Shown one piece after another: positions 40,328-50,753 of a stretch of 64,000 bases of DNA. Where the stretch lies: the NCBI GenBank assembly GCA_963662585.1, contig OY759729.1, positions 1-64,000 of the forward strand, in the 5' to 3' direction. How positions within the stretch are numbered: position 1 is the stretch's first letter; each line of letters begins with the position of its first letter. The stretch comes from Candidatus Cloacimonadales bacterium (GTDB taxonomy: Bacteria > Cloacimonadota > Cloacimonadia > Cloacimonadales > JAFGVF01). The notes under the pieces are model-generated. The model did no database searches. It was not told the DNA's origin and saw nothing but the letters and a program-made list of their open reading frames with translations. The translations under genes and the position numbers were made by a program.

Positions 40328-41806
40328 ATGAAGAACTTAACACCTCAACAAAATAAAGTATTAGAAAATACTATTCAACGCTGTAAAGAGAGAAATATAA
40401 TAATACCTACTTATAAACAAATGAGAAACCCTGAACTTGTTCCTGGGAAAATTGTAGATAAACTTAAAAATGTTGGTCTATGGGACTTAAATCCACTTAA
40501 TTTGTTTAGAATAACTTGGAAAAATGAACCCACTAAATTTGGGGGTGGATTCCAAGGTGTAAATCATTTGATTATTCCTCCTGAATTAAGTGGTATAAAA
40601 AGCAATATTGTTATTCTGATAGGTAAATATTTCCCAACGGGTGCCCATAAAGTTGGAGCAACATTTGGACCTTTAGTTGAAAAACTAGTTACTGGAAGAT
40701 TCGATCCTACTACTCAAAAAGCTCTCTGGCCTTCAACTGGAAATTACTGTCGTGGTGGAGCATATAATTCAGCTTTGTTAGGATGTGAATCTATTGCTGT
40801 CTTACCTGAAGAAATGTCAGCTGAAAGATTCAGTTGGTTAAAAGAAATTGGTGCAGAAGTATTTGCAACTCCAGGATGTGAATCTAATGTGAAGGAAATT
40901 TATGATAAGGCTAAAGAATTGCTACACGAAAGAGGTGATACAATCGTTAACTTAAATCAGTTTGCGGAAATAGGGAATCCTCTTTGGCATTATGCTGTTA
41001 CTGGACCAGCTATGCAAGAGGTGTTTGAATCCATTAAAGGTGAGAATGATACTTTCTCAGGATTATTCTTAACTCAAGGTTCAGCAGGTACTTTAGGTTC
41101 TGGTGATTATCTTAAAGAACAATATCCTCATCTAAAAATTGCAGCTGGTGAAGCAACTCAATGTCCAACTTTACTTTATAATGGATATGGTGGACACAGA
41201 ATCGAAGGTATTGGTGATAAACATGTACCTTGGATTCATAATATTAAAAATATGGATATGGCTATAGCTGTAGATGATAATGATGTCATCAATGTTATGA
41301 GACTATTTAATGAAGAAGAGGGACATAAACTTCTTAAAGCCAAGGGTATTAATGAAGAACTTATTAATAAACTTAATTTACTTGGTGTCTCTTCTATTGC
41401 AAATATGTTAGGTTGTATCAAAATGGCTAAGTACTATGAGTATGATGAAAATGATTATCTCTTTACTGTTGCTACTGATTCAATGGAAATGTATCAATCT
41501 AGAATTCTTGAATATCGTAAAAAACAAGGAGAATATAACAATACTCTTGCAAATATTCATTTTGAGAAGAACATCATGGGTATTAAAACAGATGATATTA
41601 TTGAAACTACCTACTATGATAAACGAAGAATGCATAATCTAAAATACTTTACTTGGATTGAACAACAAGGAAAAACTGTTGAAGAATTAAATGCCCAGTG
41701 GTATCAAAAAGATTATTGGACTTCGCAATACTCTCAAGTTAATCAGTGGGATGAATATATCGAAGAATTTAATGCTCGTACAGGGCTAATGGATGCACTT
41801 AAGTAA
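40328..41806 (+). CDS. PLP-dependent enzyme, cysteine synthase/Trp synthase beta superfamily
   Basis: FPTGAHKVGA (PLP Lys), WPSTGNY, GSAGT, HRIEGIGDKHVPW. Confidence 0.8.
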   Translation: MKNLTPQQNKVLENTIQRCKERNIIIPTYKQMRNPELVPGKIVDKLKNVGLWDLNPLNLFRITWKNEPTKFGGGFQGVNHLIIPPELSGIKSNIVILIGKYFPTGAHKVGATFGPLVEKLVTGRFDPTTQKALWPSTGNYCRGGAYNSALLGCESIAVLPEEMSAERFSWLKEIGAEVFATPGCESNVKEIYDKAKELLHERGDTIVNLNQFAEIGNPLWHYAVTGPAMQEVFESIKGENDTFSGLFLTQGSAGTLGSGDYLKEQYPHLKIAAGEATQCPTLLYNGYGGHRIEGIGDKHVPWIHNIKNMDMAIAVDDNDVINVMRLFNEEEGHKLLKAKGINEELINKLNLLGVSSIANMLGCIKMAKYYEYDENDYLFTVATDSMEMYQSRILEYRKKQGEYNNTLANIHFEKNIMGIKTDDIIETTYYDKRRMHNLKYFTWIEQQGKTVEELNAQWYQKDYWTSQYSQVNQWDEYIEEFNARTGLMDALK

Positions 41807-42341
41807 TCCTAAAGTATTAATTTTATCAGGCGGAAAGAGTTCCAGGTATGGTTCTCCTAAAGCCTTAATTAAATATAAAGGAGAGACATTTTTGAACACT
41901 ATTGTGTCTAAGTGCCTCTCCTTAGACTTAGAAGTATTCCTTGTTCTAAACACTGAACTTAATACTTTAGTAGATGTAAATGAGCATTGTAAGAGGATTA
42001 TTGGTGATTCTACTAAGGATATGTATGACTCAATCATAAAAGGTATAAACTATATAAAAGATTTCTCACAGCTTATTATTTGGCCTGTTGATCATCCTTT
42101 TGTTAAGGTTGAAAGTCTTCATAGATTGATAGAAAACAAAGATGCTAAAAAAGTTATTGTTCCCTCTTTTATTGGAAGACTTGGGCATCCTGTTATGTTA
42201 CCTTTTTCAAGTGTAGCTTATCTTAATCAGTGTCAGAATCTTAGAGAATTGATTGAAGTTGTAGGAAGAACTATTATTCAAGTAGACGACAAAGGCATAC
42301 TTTATAACATAAATAGTAAGGAAGATTTACCTAATGAATAA
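41793..42341 (+). CDS. Molybdenum cofactor cytidylyltransferase-like (MocA/YgfJ family)
   Basis: LILSGGKSSRYGSPKAL, PVDHP, GRLGHPV, NIN..ED. Start codon uncertain. Confidence 0.8.
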   Translation: MHLSNPKVLILSGGKSSRYGSPKALIKYKGETFLNTIVSKCLSLDLEVFLVLNTELNTLVDVNEHCKRIIGDSTKDMYDSIIKGINYIKDFSQLIIWPVDHPFVKVESLHRLIENKDAKKVIVPSFIGRLGHPVMLPFSSVAYLNQCQNLRELIEVVGRTIIQVDDKGILYNINSKEDLPNE

Positions 42342-43098
42342 TTATTATAGACATTTATTAGATTTATTAGCAAATAATAAGTTAGGTTGGAGTGTTACAG
42401 TAACTAATGTAAAAGATTCTTCTCCAGGTAGTTTAGGACAAAAAATGTTAATAGAAAAAGAAAGTGATGAAATATCAGGAACTATTGGTGGAGGAAACTT
42501 AGAATATACTATTATTAATAAAATAAGGAAAGAAGCTCCTAATAAGTTTATGCGTCTAACATATACACTTTCTGAGCAAGCTGAATTAGGTATGGTATGT
42601 GGTGGAGATATTGAATTGATCATTGAACCAATAAATATTCATGAAAGAGTCATAATATTTGGTGCAGGCCACTGTGCTCAAGCATTAGCTTCAATTTTAA
42701 GCAACTTGAATTTTGAAATGGTGATCTATGATAATCGTGATTCATGGTTAAATCCTGAATCTTTTCCAGCTAATACAAAATTAGTCCATGCAGATTTTCA
42801 GGATATTACTAATAATTTGGAAATTTATAGTTCTGATTACTTGATAGTAATGACTTATGGTCATGAGTATGATAATATTGTAGCTGAGCAATTGATTAAA
42901 CTAAATTCAAAATATCTTGGAGTTATGGGAAGTAAAAGTAAGGCAAAAGAACTTAAAGCATTCCTAGACGAGAATAATTCCCTAGAGAAGATTAGCAAAA
43001 TTAATTGTCCCATCGGCTTACCTATTAATTCACGCACTCCTTATGAAATAGCTGTGAGCATTTCTGCTGAGCTAATTAAGATGAGAAATATAAAGTAA
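42334..43098 (+). CDS. xdhC: XdhC/CoxI-family Moco maturation factor
   Basis: SSPG, GTIGGGNLE, GMVCGG, IFGAGH, YLGVMGS, CPIGL, TPYEIAVSISAE. Confidence 0.9.
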   Translation: MNNYYRHLLDLLANNKLGWSVTVTNVKDSSPGSLGQKMLIEKESDEISGTIGGGNLEYTIINKIRKEAPNKFMRLTYTLSEQAELGMVCGGDIELIIEPINIHERVIIFGAGHCAQALASILSNLNFEMVIYDNRDSWLNPESFPANTKLVHADFQDITNNLEIYSSDYLIVMTYGHEYDNIVAEQLIKLNSKYLGVMGSKSKAKELKAFLDENNSLEKISKINCPIGLPINSRTPYEIAVSISAELIKMRNIK

Positions 43099-43243
43099 GT
43101 TATTACATAAATACTCTTTTTATCCCTGTTTTCATTATTGATTTCTAAATACTTGAGCAGCGATTTATTTTAATTAAAGTAATGGATAATAAGATAAATA
43201 GCCTAATTAATAATCTTTATTGGGCAAGAAAATATTAAATAAG

Positions 43244-43272
43244 TTGACATAAATTTAAAAGATATATATATA
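43244..43272 (+). promoter_or_regulatory. Putative sigma70 promoter of the hybrid kinase gene
   Basis: TTGACA (43244), 17 nt, TATATA. Confidence 0.45.
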
Positions 43273-43289
43273 TGATTTAAGAGGATATA

Positions 43290-46200
43290 ATGAGAGAAAA
43301 TAAAAAAATCTTAGATAGAGTAAGAATACTTAATTTTTACATGATACTTGGAAGTTTAGTATTAGTGGCTTCAATATCTATTGTCATTGATTATTATTAT
43401 TATCGAATTAATTTAGATTTTTTGAACACTAAGCGAATATCTGATACTCAACGGAATTTGCAAAATATCAACAATCGTATTAAAAGATTCTCTCAAAATA
43501 TGTATAGTAATGTCGATGATATGATTGTCGATTTAATCAAACAACAAACAGAGCAAGGTAAAGTTGTTGTAGAACACATTTTGCTAAAATATCAGGATAG
43601 AACATTTACCGAGAAAATGGAGCATATTGAGAATGCTCTAAGAGTTACAAAGTTCTTTAATAATCGTGGATATTATTATATTATGGATAAGAAAGGAAAA
43701 ATGATTTTCAACTCTGTTTTCACTGATTTAGAAAATACCATGCTAACAGAAGATGATTACATCCTTTCAGCAAAAAAAGTCATGAGAGAAGGTGATGAAG
43801 GTCTCTTTAAAGGAATGATGCGAAAACCTGGCTTTAAAGATACTGAATCCTTTTTAAAATGGAGCTACATTTCTCGAATAAAAGACACTGATTGGTATAT
43901 AGGGACTGGTGAGTATTACTATGATTTCATTAAGGAGTATAAAGAAGAATTATTAAAAAATATTAGTATTTTGAGGAATAACCATTATGGTTTCTTCTAT
44001 ATAATTGATATTTCAACAGGTAGCTTTATTTTCAAAGATAATGAAATTATAAAAAATCCCGTCAGTATCTATATTTCTCCATCCAAAGATGATGATAAGA
44101 TTTTTGAAGATGCTATAAAGGTTACTCAGAGGGATGGAGAAGGATTTTCAAATTTCTATTTTGCTGAAAATAATATTAGTGGTATAGAAAACGCATTGGT
44201 AAATGTTGTTAAAATACCAGAATTAAATTGGCTAATTTCTTCAGGAGTTTATCAAGGAGATATAAATTCATATTTCGAGAGTGACAGAGCTCTATTCATA
44301 AAGAAAGCAAAAGTTAATTTGATTGTTATATTATTTGCAATTACAATGATTATTATTTTTTATAGTTATTTTAATAAGAAAATTATTAACAGATTAAAAG
44401 ACTTGTTTGAAACCTTAAAAGCCTTTTTCAAAGATTCTATTCAAACTGATCAATTAATGAATAGAGATAAACTCCATTATGATGAATTTGTTGCTATAGC
44501 AGATTCTGTTAATAAAATGTTGATAGCTAAAAAGGGGGTATCAGACGCATTAGTAAAAGATAAAATTTATATAGATCAGTTGATGATAGAAAATCCTGAG
44601 GCTATTGCCTTGGTAGATAAAGATAGTAAAATTATGAAAATTAATCCAGCTTTTACAAAGTTATTTTCATATACAATTGATGAGTGTAAAGGTATAAATA
44701 TAGACGATTTATTGTGCTCAAGTAAAGAACTAGAAAATGCTAGGAATAATACTTTAAAAGTGGGAACAGGTATTACTGTACAATTTTATGCTAACCGTAT
44801 ATCGAAAGATGGTAAAATAATGAATATGTACATAACTGGAATTCCTGTAATGTACCAGCAAAAAGTACAAGCAGTTTTTGCAATTTATCAAGATAAGACA
44901 GAAATGATTAATCATGAGATTACTTTAAAAATCGCTTCTGATCAAGCATTAGAAGCTGCAAAAACTAAATCACAATTCTTGGCAAATATGAGCCATGAGA
45001 TTAGAACTCCAATGAATGGAGTTATTGGTATGACAGATTTGTTATCGAAAACTGAACTTAATGATGAACAAAAGGATTATGTTGAAACAATAAAAATCTC
45101 TGGTGAAAGCTTACTAAGAGTGATTAATGATATTTTGGACTTCTCAAAATTAGAATCAGGGAAATACAATTTTAACTATACTGATTTTGAATTATCTACA
45201 TGTATTGAAAAATCTTTAGATGTAATTGCCTTAAAGGTACAAGAAAAAGGTGTTAAATTGACTTATGCGATTGATAGTGATGTCCCTCTGTATATTAATT
45301 CTGACTTTGACAGGTTAAAACAGGTGCTCATAAATCTTTTAAACAATGCTTATAAGTTCACTAATTCTGGTTACATAAAGGTTAGTGTAAGCAAAGTAAA
45401 ATATGAAAACAATACATACACATTAAAATTCAAAGTATCTGATACAGGAATTGGAATACCACAAGAAAAGATTCATACTATTTTTGATTCTTTCTCTCAA
45501 GTTGATTCATCATCTTCTAGGAATTATACAGGAACTGGTCTAGGACTTGCTATATCAGAGGCGATTGTTCATAATTTTAAAGGTGATATATGGGTTGAAT
45601 CTAAGCTTAACATTGGCTCATCAGTTATTTTCACTATAGAAACCGAATCAAGAATAATCACTGATTATAATAACAAGATTAGTACACTTTTAGATGTTAA
45701 AGTTGGTATTATTGCTAGTGAAGAAGAATTTGATAATGTTTCTTCAATATTATCTTCTCGTGTCAATCATGTAGAACATGTTGCTGATAGTGAATCACTT
45801 AATGGAATTGATGAATTCTATGAAAATTGGGATATTCTAGTTATAGATTATCATCTATTTTCATCTTTTTCTGAAAATATAATGTCTTTTATTACTAAAA
45901 TTAGTTCTCCAGCGCTTACAGTTATATTCTTAAAGAATATTAAGGATGAAAAAAGAGAAATTAGCAATATTAATGCTAATATTCACTATTTAAATTATCC
46001 TATTCATAAGAACAAACTTATCAAAACAATCGGAGTTGTGTCTGGTTTTAGTAAGCCAGATGATAAAGATGAAGAGGTTTTCCCTATTGATTTGATTTCT
46101 GAACTTAAAATACTAGTTGCAGAGGATAATCTTATTAATCAAAAACTAATGCAAAGGCTTTTTAGTAAAATAGGTATTACTGTTGATTTGGCTAATGATG

Positions 46201-46475
46201 GACAAGAAGCTTTAGAAATGGCTTTGAAAGTTTCTTATAACATGATATTTATGGATATACAGATGCCAAGGTTAGATGGTTTGAAGGCTACGGAACAAAT
46301 CAGGGAAGTATTGAAAGATAAAGCTCCTACAATTATAGCTTTAACTGCCAATGTTTTACCTGAAGATAAAGAGAAATGTATCGACTCAGGTATGGTTGCA
46401 TTTTTACCAAAACCTGTAAAAATAGCAGATATTGAAAAGATCTTGTATAAAATTATCAAAAAGGAGATTTTATGA
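43290..46475 (+). CDS. Hybrid sensor histidine kinase (2 TM, Cache-like, PAS, HisKA, HATPase, receiver)
   Basis: FLANMSHEIRTPMNG, QVLINLLNNAYKFT, DTGIG, GTGLGL, VAEDN, FMDIQMP. Confidence 0.94.
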   Translation: MRENKKILDRVRILNFYMILGSLVLVASISIVIDYYYYRINLDFLNTKRISDTQRNLQNINNRIKRFSQNMYSNVDDMIVDLIKQQTEQGKVVVEHILLKYQDRTFTEKMEHIENALRVTKFFNNRGYYYIMDKKGKMIFNSVFTDLENTMLTEDDYILSAKKVMREGDEGLFKGMMRKPGFKDTESFLKWSYISRIKDTDWYIGTGEYYYDFIKEYKEELLKNISILRNNHYGFFYIIDISTGSFIFKDNEIIKNPVSIYISPSKDDDKIFEDAIKVTQRDGEGFSNFYFAENNISGIENALVNVVKIPELNWLISSGVYQGDINSYFESDRALFIKKAKVNLIVILFAITMIIIFYSYFNKKIINRLKDLFETLKAFFKDSIQTDQLMNRDKLHYDEFVAIADSVNKMLIAKKGVSDALVKDKIYIDQLMIENPEAIALVDKDSKIMKINPAFTKLFSYTIDECKGINIDDLLCSSKELENARNNTLKVGTGITVQFYANRISKDGKIMNMYITGIPVMYQQKVQAVFAIYQDKTEMINHEITLKIASDQALEAAKTKSQFLANMSHEIRTPMNGVIGMTDLLSKTELNDEQKDYVETIKISGESLLRVINDILDFSKLESGKYNFNYTDFELSTCIEKSLDVIALKVQEKGVKLTYAIDSDVPLYINSDFDRLKQVLINLLNNAYKFTNSGYIKVSVSKVKYENNTYTLKFKVSDTGIGIPQEKIHTIFDSFSQVDSSSSRNYTGTGLGLAISEAIVHNFKGDIWVESKLNIGSSVIFTIETESRIITDYNNKISTLLDVKVGIIASEEEFDNVSSILSSRVNHVEHVADSESLNGIDEFYENWDILVIDYHLFSSFSENIMSFITKISSPALTVIFLKNIKDEKREISNINANIHYLNYPIHKNKLIKTIGVVSGFSKPDDKDEEVFPIDLISELKILVAEDNLINQKLMQRLFSKIGITVDLANDGQEALEMALKVSYNMIFMDIQMPRLDGLKATEQIREVLKDKAPTIIALTANVLPEDKEKCIDSGMVAFLPKPVKIADIEKILYKIIKKEIL

Positions 46476-47089
46476 AAAGGTGTGTTTTATTAATTCTAAC
46501 TTTCTTTGTTTTATCGATGATTCAATTAAATGGTATTGAAACAGAAATATTCAATCAAGATGGGGCTCTTAAAGTTGAAAAAAACGATAGTGATTATCTA
46601 AGTGGTTTAGGATTTACTGCAGGAAAAATATCAGGTGTAGGTTTTGCATATAGGCGGTATTTTGCTAAAAGTGGAGTTCAATTCACTTTTGGTTTGTTAT
46701 CAAACGCGGATAAAGTGCCAAGTTTTCCTGATGAATCATATTCTGATACAAGAAGTAAAACAGGTTGGGATGTTGATGGTTGGTTAAGTTTTATGTATTT
46801 AAGAACTATAAGAGAAAGCGATGATACTAGATTCTACTATTTTTTGGGAGGAAGTATGAATATTGATTATTCCAAAAAATACACCCAGAATTATGAAAAT
46901 AATATTGCCTATGGTGATCCTATAAAAAAGATTCGTAATGATAATTCTTATTATTTTGGACCAGGAATCGGACTTGATTTTCGAGTAAGTAAATACATCT
47001 CATTTATTGTTGAATTGCCAATATCTATTTCTTCTGATAAAAAGATTGAGACTTACATACCACAAGGAAGCATACAAGTAAAATTTTAA
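46472..47089 (+). CDS. Exported hypothetical protein, likely small beta-barrel
   Basis: Signal peptide, Gly/aromatic beta-strands, terminal Phe. Confidence 0.55.
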   Translation: MKRCVLLILTFFVLSMIQLNGIETEIFNQDGALKVEKNDSDYLSGLGFTAGKISGVGFAYRRYFAKSGVQFTFGLLSNADKVPSFPDESYSDTRSKTGWDVDGWLSFMYLRTIRESDDTRFYYFLGGSMNIDYSKKYTQNYENNIAYGDPIKKIRNDNSYYFGPGIGLDFRVSKYISFIVELPISISSDKKIETYIPQGSIQVKF

Positions 47090-47211
47090 TAGTTTTAATC
47101 TTGTAAATGCAATGTTCAAAAGTTAAGCATAGATTTAAATTGACTTTCTTCCGGATTTTAATAGAAGAAGCTAATAATTTTAAATAATATATATAATAAG
47201 GTGGAGAATTG

Positions 47212-48423
47212 ATGAAATTAGAAGGAAAAGTAGTTGTGGCTCAAGGTGGTGGACCAACTGCCGTCATTAATCAGTCATTAGTTGGCGTCGTTTTAGAGTC
47301 ACGCAAATTTCAACAAGTAACTAGAGTTTATGGAGCTGAGCATGGAGTCGATGGTATTCTCAATGAGAATTTCTTTGATTTAAGTCAAGAAACAACCAAT
47401 AATTTAGAAAAAGTTGCTCAAACTCCATCATCCGCACTCCTTTCAACTAGAGTAAAACCAGATGTTAAGTATTGTCAAGAAATGTTTAAAGTCCTAAAAG
47501 CTCATGATGTAAGATATTTCTTTTACATTGGTGGGAATGACTCTTCAGACACTGTTAGAATAGTCAATCAAGAGGCTGAGAATGCTTCTTATGAATTTAG
47601 AGCTATTCATATCCCCAAGACAATTGATAATGATTTAGTATTAAATGATCATACTCCTGGATTTGGATCAGCAGCAAGATTTGTAGCAAATGCTTTTGCT
47701 GGAGCTAACTTAGACAATCGTGCTTTACCTGGCGTTTATATTGGGGTAGTAATGGGAAGACATGCAGGCTTTCTAACCGCAGCCTCAGCGCTAGCAAAGA
47801 AATATCCAGATGATGGACCTCATTTAATTTACCTTCCTGAAAGAAGATTCCAGATAAGTAAATTTTTAGAAGATGTTAAGAAAACCTATGCTCAATATGG
47901 ACGCTGTGTTATTGCAGTATCAGAAGGTATTTCAGATGAGAATGGAATCCCCATTGTTACCAAGTTATCTAAACATCAAGAGATGGATGCTCATGGAAAT
48001 GTTCAACTTTCAGGTACTGGTGCTTTAGGCGATCTATTAGCAGATGAAATTAGAAGTAAATTAAAGATAATGAGAGTTCGCTCAGACACTTTTGGTTATT
48101 TACAAAGATCATTTTTAGATTGTGTTTCTGATGTTGACCAACAAGAAGCAAGAGAAGTAGGGGAGAAGGCAGCTCATTTTGCTATTTGGCACAATTTAGA
48201 CGGCTCAATAAGTATTAAGAGAACTGGTAATTATTCTGTTAATTATTCCCTAGAAAAATTAGAAGATATTGCAGGTAAGACTAGAGTTATGCCAGATAAT
48301 TTTATCTCAGCAGATAATAATAATGTTACCCAAGATTTTCTTTTCTATTGCCGTCCTTTAGTTGGATCAGGCTTCAAACAAGCTCATCGTTTAAGAGTAC
48401 CAAGAGCTGATAAAATTTTATAA
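47212..48423 (+). CDS. pfp: Phosphofructokinase, probably PPi-dependent
   Basis: QGGGPTAVIN, GGNDS (Asp form), IPKTIDNDL, MGRHAG. Confidence 0.85.
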   Translation: MKLEGKVVVAQGGGPTAVINQSLVGVVLESRKFQQVTRVYGAEHGVDGILNENFFDLSQETTNNLEKVAQTPSSALLSTRVKPDVKYCQEMFKVLKAHDVRYFFYIGGNDSSDTVRIVNQEAENASYEFRAIHIPKTIDNDLVLNDHTPGFGSAARFVANAFAGANLDNRALPGVYIGVVMGRHAGFLTAASALAKKYPDDGPHLIYLPERRFQISKFLEDVKKTYAQYGRCVIAVSEGISDENGIPIVTKLSKHQEMDAHGNVQLSGTGALGDLLADEIRSKLKIMRVRSDTFGYLQRSFLDCVSDVDQQEAREVGEKAAHFAIWHNLDGSISIKRTGNYSVNYSLEKLEDIAGKTRVMPDNFISADNNNVTQDFLFYCRPLVGSGFKQAHRLRVPRADKIL

Positions 48424-48432
48424 TTTATAACT

Positions 48433-48470
48433 AAAGTGAGTGTAACATAAATTTGTTACACTCACTTTTT
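48433..48470 (+). terminator. Intrinsic terminator
   Basis: AAAGTGAGTGTAACA-TAAATT-TGTTACACTCACTTT followed by TT, right after the PFK stop. Confidence 0.85.
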
Positions 48471-48637
48471 ATTAATGATGCTAAGAATATTAACTCCAAT
48501 TATGAGCTAGAACTGAAGTACATTATGGAAAGAGATTAGGAATATAACATAGAAATTCTTTGTTAATAAATTAAGACTGATTATCATTTATTATGAACTA
48601 TTACTAAGATTTATTTTAACCAAAAAGAGGATTTAAT

Positions 48638-49192
48638 ATGAAAGTAACTAAACAGATTCAAGAAAAGTTATTAGAACATGCAAGATTGGTTATAGAAAAC
48701 TATTTACAATCAACTGAATACAGTTATGAAGTTCCAAAAACATCAATTTTAGGTAAAAAACACGGTATATTTTTAACAATTTTTGTTGATGATAAGTTGA
48801 GGGGAAGCTTAGGTTATGTTGATAGTGAGCAATGTATTATGGAAAGTGTTAATGAATTAGCAAAGGCCGTTTGTGATGGAAGTGAGAAATATCCTAAACT
48901 CGAGAAGTTTGAACTTCCATATTTATCAATTCAGGTCAATATCTTTTCCGCTCTTAAACAGATTTATGAGAAGCAAGAGATAAAAATTGGCAAACACGGA
49001 CTTTATGTTAATCATCCTGAGGGTGAAGGTCTTTTGTTTCCTCAAGAAGCTGTTGATATGGATTTCGATGAAGTTATATTTTTAAATGAAGTTTGTCACA
49101 AGGCTGGATTACCATCTTTTACTTGGGAAGATGATGAATGTAAAGTTTATACTTTTGAAACATTAGTTTTTTCTGATAAAGAGAGACATTAG
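48638..49192 (+). CDS. AMMECR1-domain protein (AmmeMemoRadiSam A-like)
   Basis: GIFLTI...LRGSLG, GKHGL, GLLFPQ, CHKAGL. Confidence 0.8.
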   Translation: MKVTKQIQEKLLEHARLVIENYLQSTEYSYEVPKTSILGKKHGIFLTIFVDDKLRGSLGYVDSEQCIMESVNELAKAVCDGSEKYPKLEKFELPYLSIQVNIFSALKQIYEKQEIKIGKHGLYVNHPEGEGLLFPQEAVDMDFDEVIFLNEVCHKAGLPSFTWEDDECKVYTFETLVFSDKERH

Positions 49193-49251
49193 GGTTGACT
49201 TAATTCTTATTCTAATTTTATTGTGATTAATAATAATTTAATGAGGAAAAT

Positions 49252-49854
49252 GTGCAGAGAATTACCAATGAAGAGATATATGAAGAGAAAATAGAGAGAA
49301 GTAGATTTATAGTTCACTTAAAGTATGTAGAAGAAGTTGAACAAGCAAAAGATTTCATTAGTAATATTAGTAAAGAGCACAAGAATGCAAATCACAATTG
49401 TTGGGCTTTTGTGATAGGGAAAACAGGGGATTATGCTCATAGTTCAGATAATGGAGAGCCCTCAGGAACAGCAGGTAAGCCTATTCTAAATGCTATTAAT
49501 AAAAGTACTTTAACAAATATAGTTGTAGTAGTTACCCGTTATTTTGGGGGAGTCAAATTAGGGATAAGAGGATTAATTGATGCTTATGGAGGCGTAGTAG
49601 AAAGAGCTATTTCACTAAATAAAACTGAAGAACTAGTTGATTACCATTCATTTTCTGTAACAACTACATACGACTTTCATAATATACTCACACATAAATT
49701 AAAACAGTTTGATTTAGAGATTACCTCAACTAACTTTAGTGCAAATGTTGAATTGAATATTTCTATAACAGAAAAGATATTAACAGAATTTACAGATTTT
49801 TTAGAAGATTTAAAAAATAGTAATAAAATTGAATATATAAAAGAGGAAAAATGA
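49252..49854 (+). CDS. YigZ/IMPACT family protein
   Basis: SRFI, ANHNCWAF, DNGEPSGTAGKP, VTRYFGGVKLG. Confidence 0.92.
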   Translation: MQRITNEEIYEEKIERSRFIVHLKYVEEVEQAKDFISNISKEHKNANHNCWAFVIGKTGDYAHSSDNGEPSGTAGKPILNAINKSTLTNIVVVVTRYFGGVKLGIRGLIDAYGGVVERAISLNKTEELVDYHSFSVTTTYDFHNILTHKLKQFDLEITSTNFSANVELNISITEKILTEFTDFLEDLKNSNKIEYIKEEK

Positions 49855-50735
49855 CTTATTTAAACCTATTAATCATAGTCCTAATGTTGCTAGGCTTATG
49901 TACTGCAAATGGCCAAGATTTTAAAATTGTTGAATCAGAAAGTGGAAAGCCTTATGATTTAGATATTCTCACTGCAGAACTTCTTAATTATGATGTAGTT
50001 TTTTTCGGTGAATTACATGATGATTCTTTACTTCATTATTTAGAAGCTGAAATGTTCTCAAGATTAGTTTCTCAGAGTAAAAGCGTAGTTCTTTCTATGG
50101 AAATGTTTGAGCGTGATAACCAGATAGTCTTATCTAATTATATTAGCAATAAGATAGATTATCCTGAATTTTCTCAAAGTGCAAGGTTATGGCCAAACCA
50201 CGAGACAGATTACGAGCCTCTTTTACAAATTGCTAAAGAGTATAATAGAGATGTTATAGCAGCTAATATACCGAGGAGATTTGCCTCTATATTAGCTAGA
50301 GAGGGAGAAGATGCTTTAAGTAAAGTTGATGAAAAAGATAAGAAGTATTTTGCTGAGAAATTACTAGTCTTAGATGATAGGTACAAAACAGAGTTTTATG
50401 AAACAATGAGTAGTATGTCTAAGCAAGGAATGCCAAATAAATCAGGGCATGATATGATTTTAAATATTTATAAAGCTCAATGTTTAAAAGATGACACCAT
50501 GGCAGAGTCTATTAATAATTATCTTTCTAAAAATCCTGAAAGAAAAGTTCTTCATATTAATGGTGATTTTCATAGTCGTTATTATCTTGGAACAGCACAA
50601 AAATTAGCCTTGCTGAATAGTAATTTAAAAATAGCAGTTATTGCTCCAGTAACTTTCTCGCCAGGAGATGAATTAGATTGGAGTCCTGAATTCACAGAAG
50701 CAGGCGATTATCTCATACTTTTTCATAGAAATTAA
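49851..50735 (+). CDS. ChaN-family exported protein (haem-uptake-like)
   Basis: DVVFFGELHD, SMEMFERD, WPN...DY, AQCLKDDTMAES, NGDFHS. Confidence 0.82.
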   Translation: MTYLNLLIIVLMLLGLCTANGQDFKIVESESGKPYDLDILTAELLNYDVVFFGELHDDSLLHYLEAEMFSRLVSQSKSVVLSMEMFERDNQIVLSNYISNKIDYPEFSQSARLWPNHETDYEPLLQIAKEYNRDVIAANIPRRFASILAREGEDALSKVDEKDKKYFAEKLLVLDDRYKTEFYETMSSMSKQGMPNKSGHDMILNIYKAQCLKDDTMAESINNYLSKNPERKVLHINGDFHSRYYLGTAQKLALLNSNLKIAVIAPVTFSPGDELDWSPEFTEAGDYLILFHRN

Positions 50736-50753
50736 TAAGGATTAAGAAAATTA

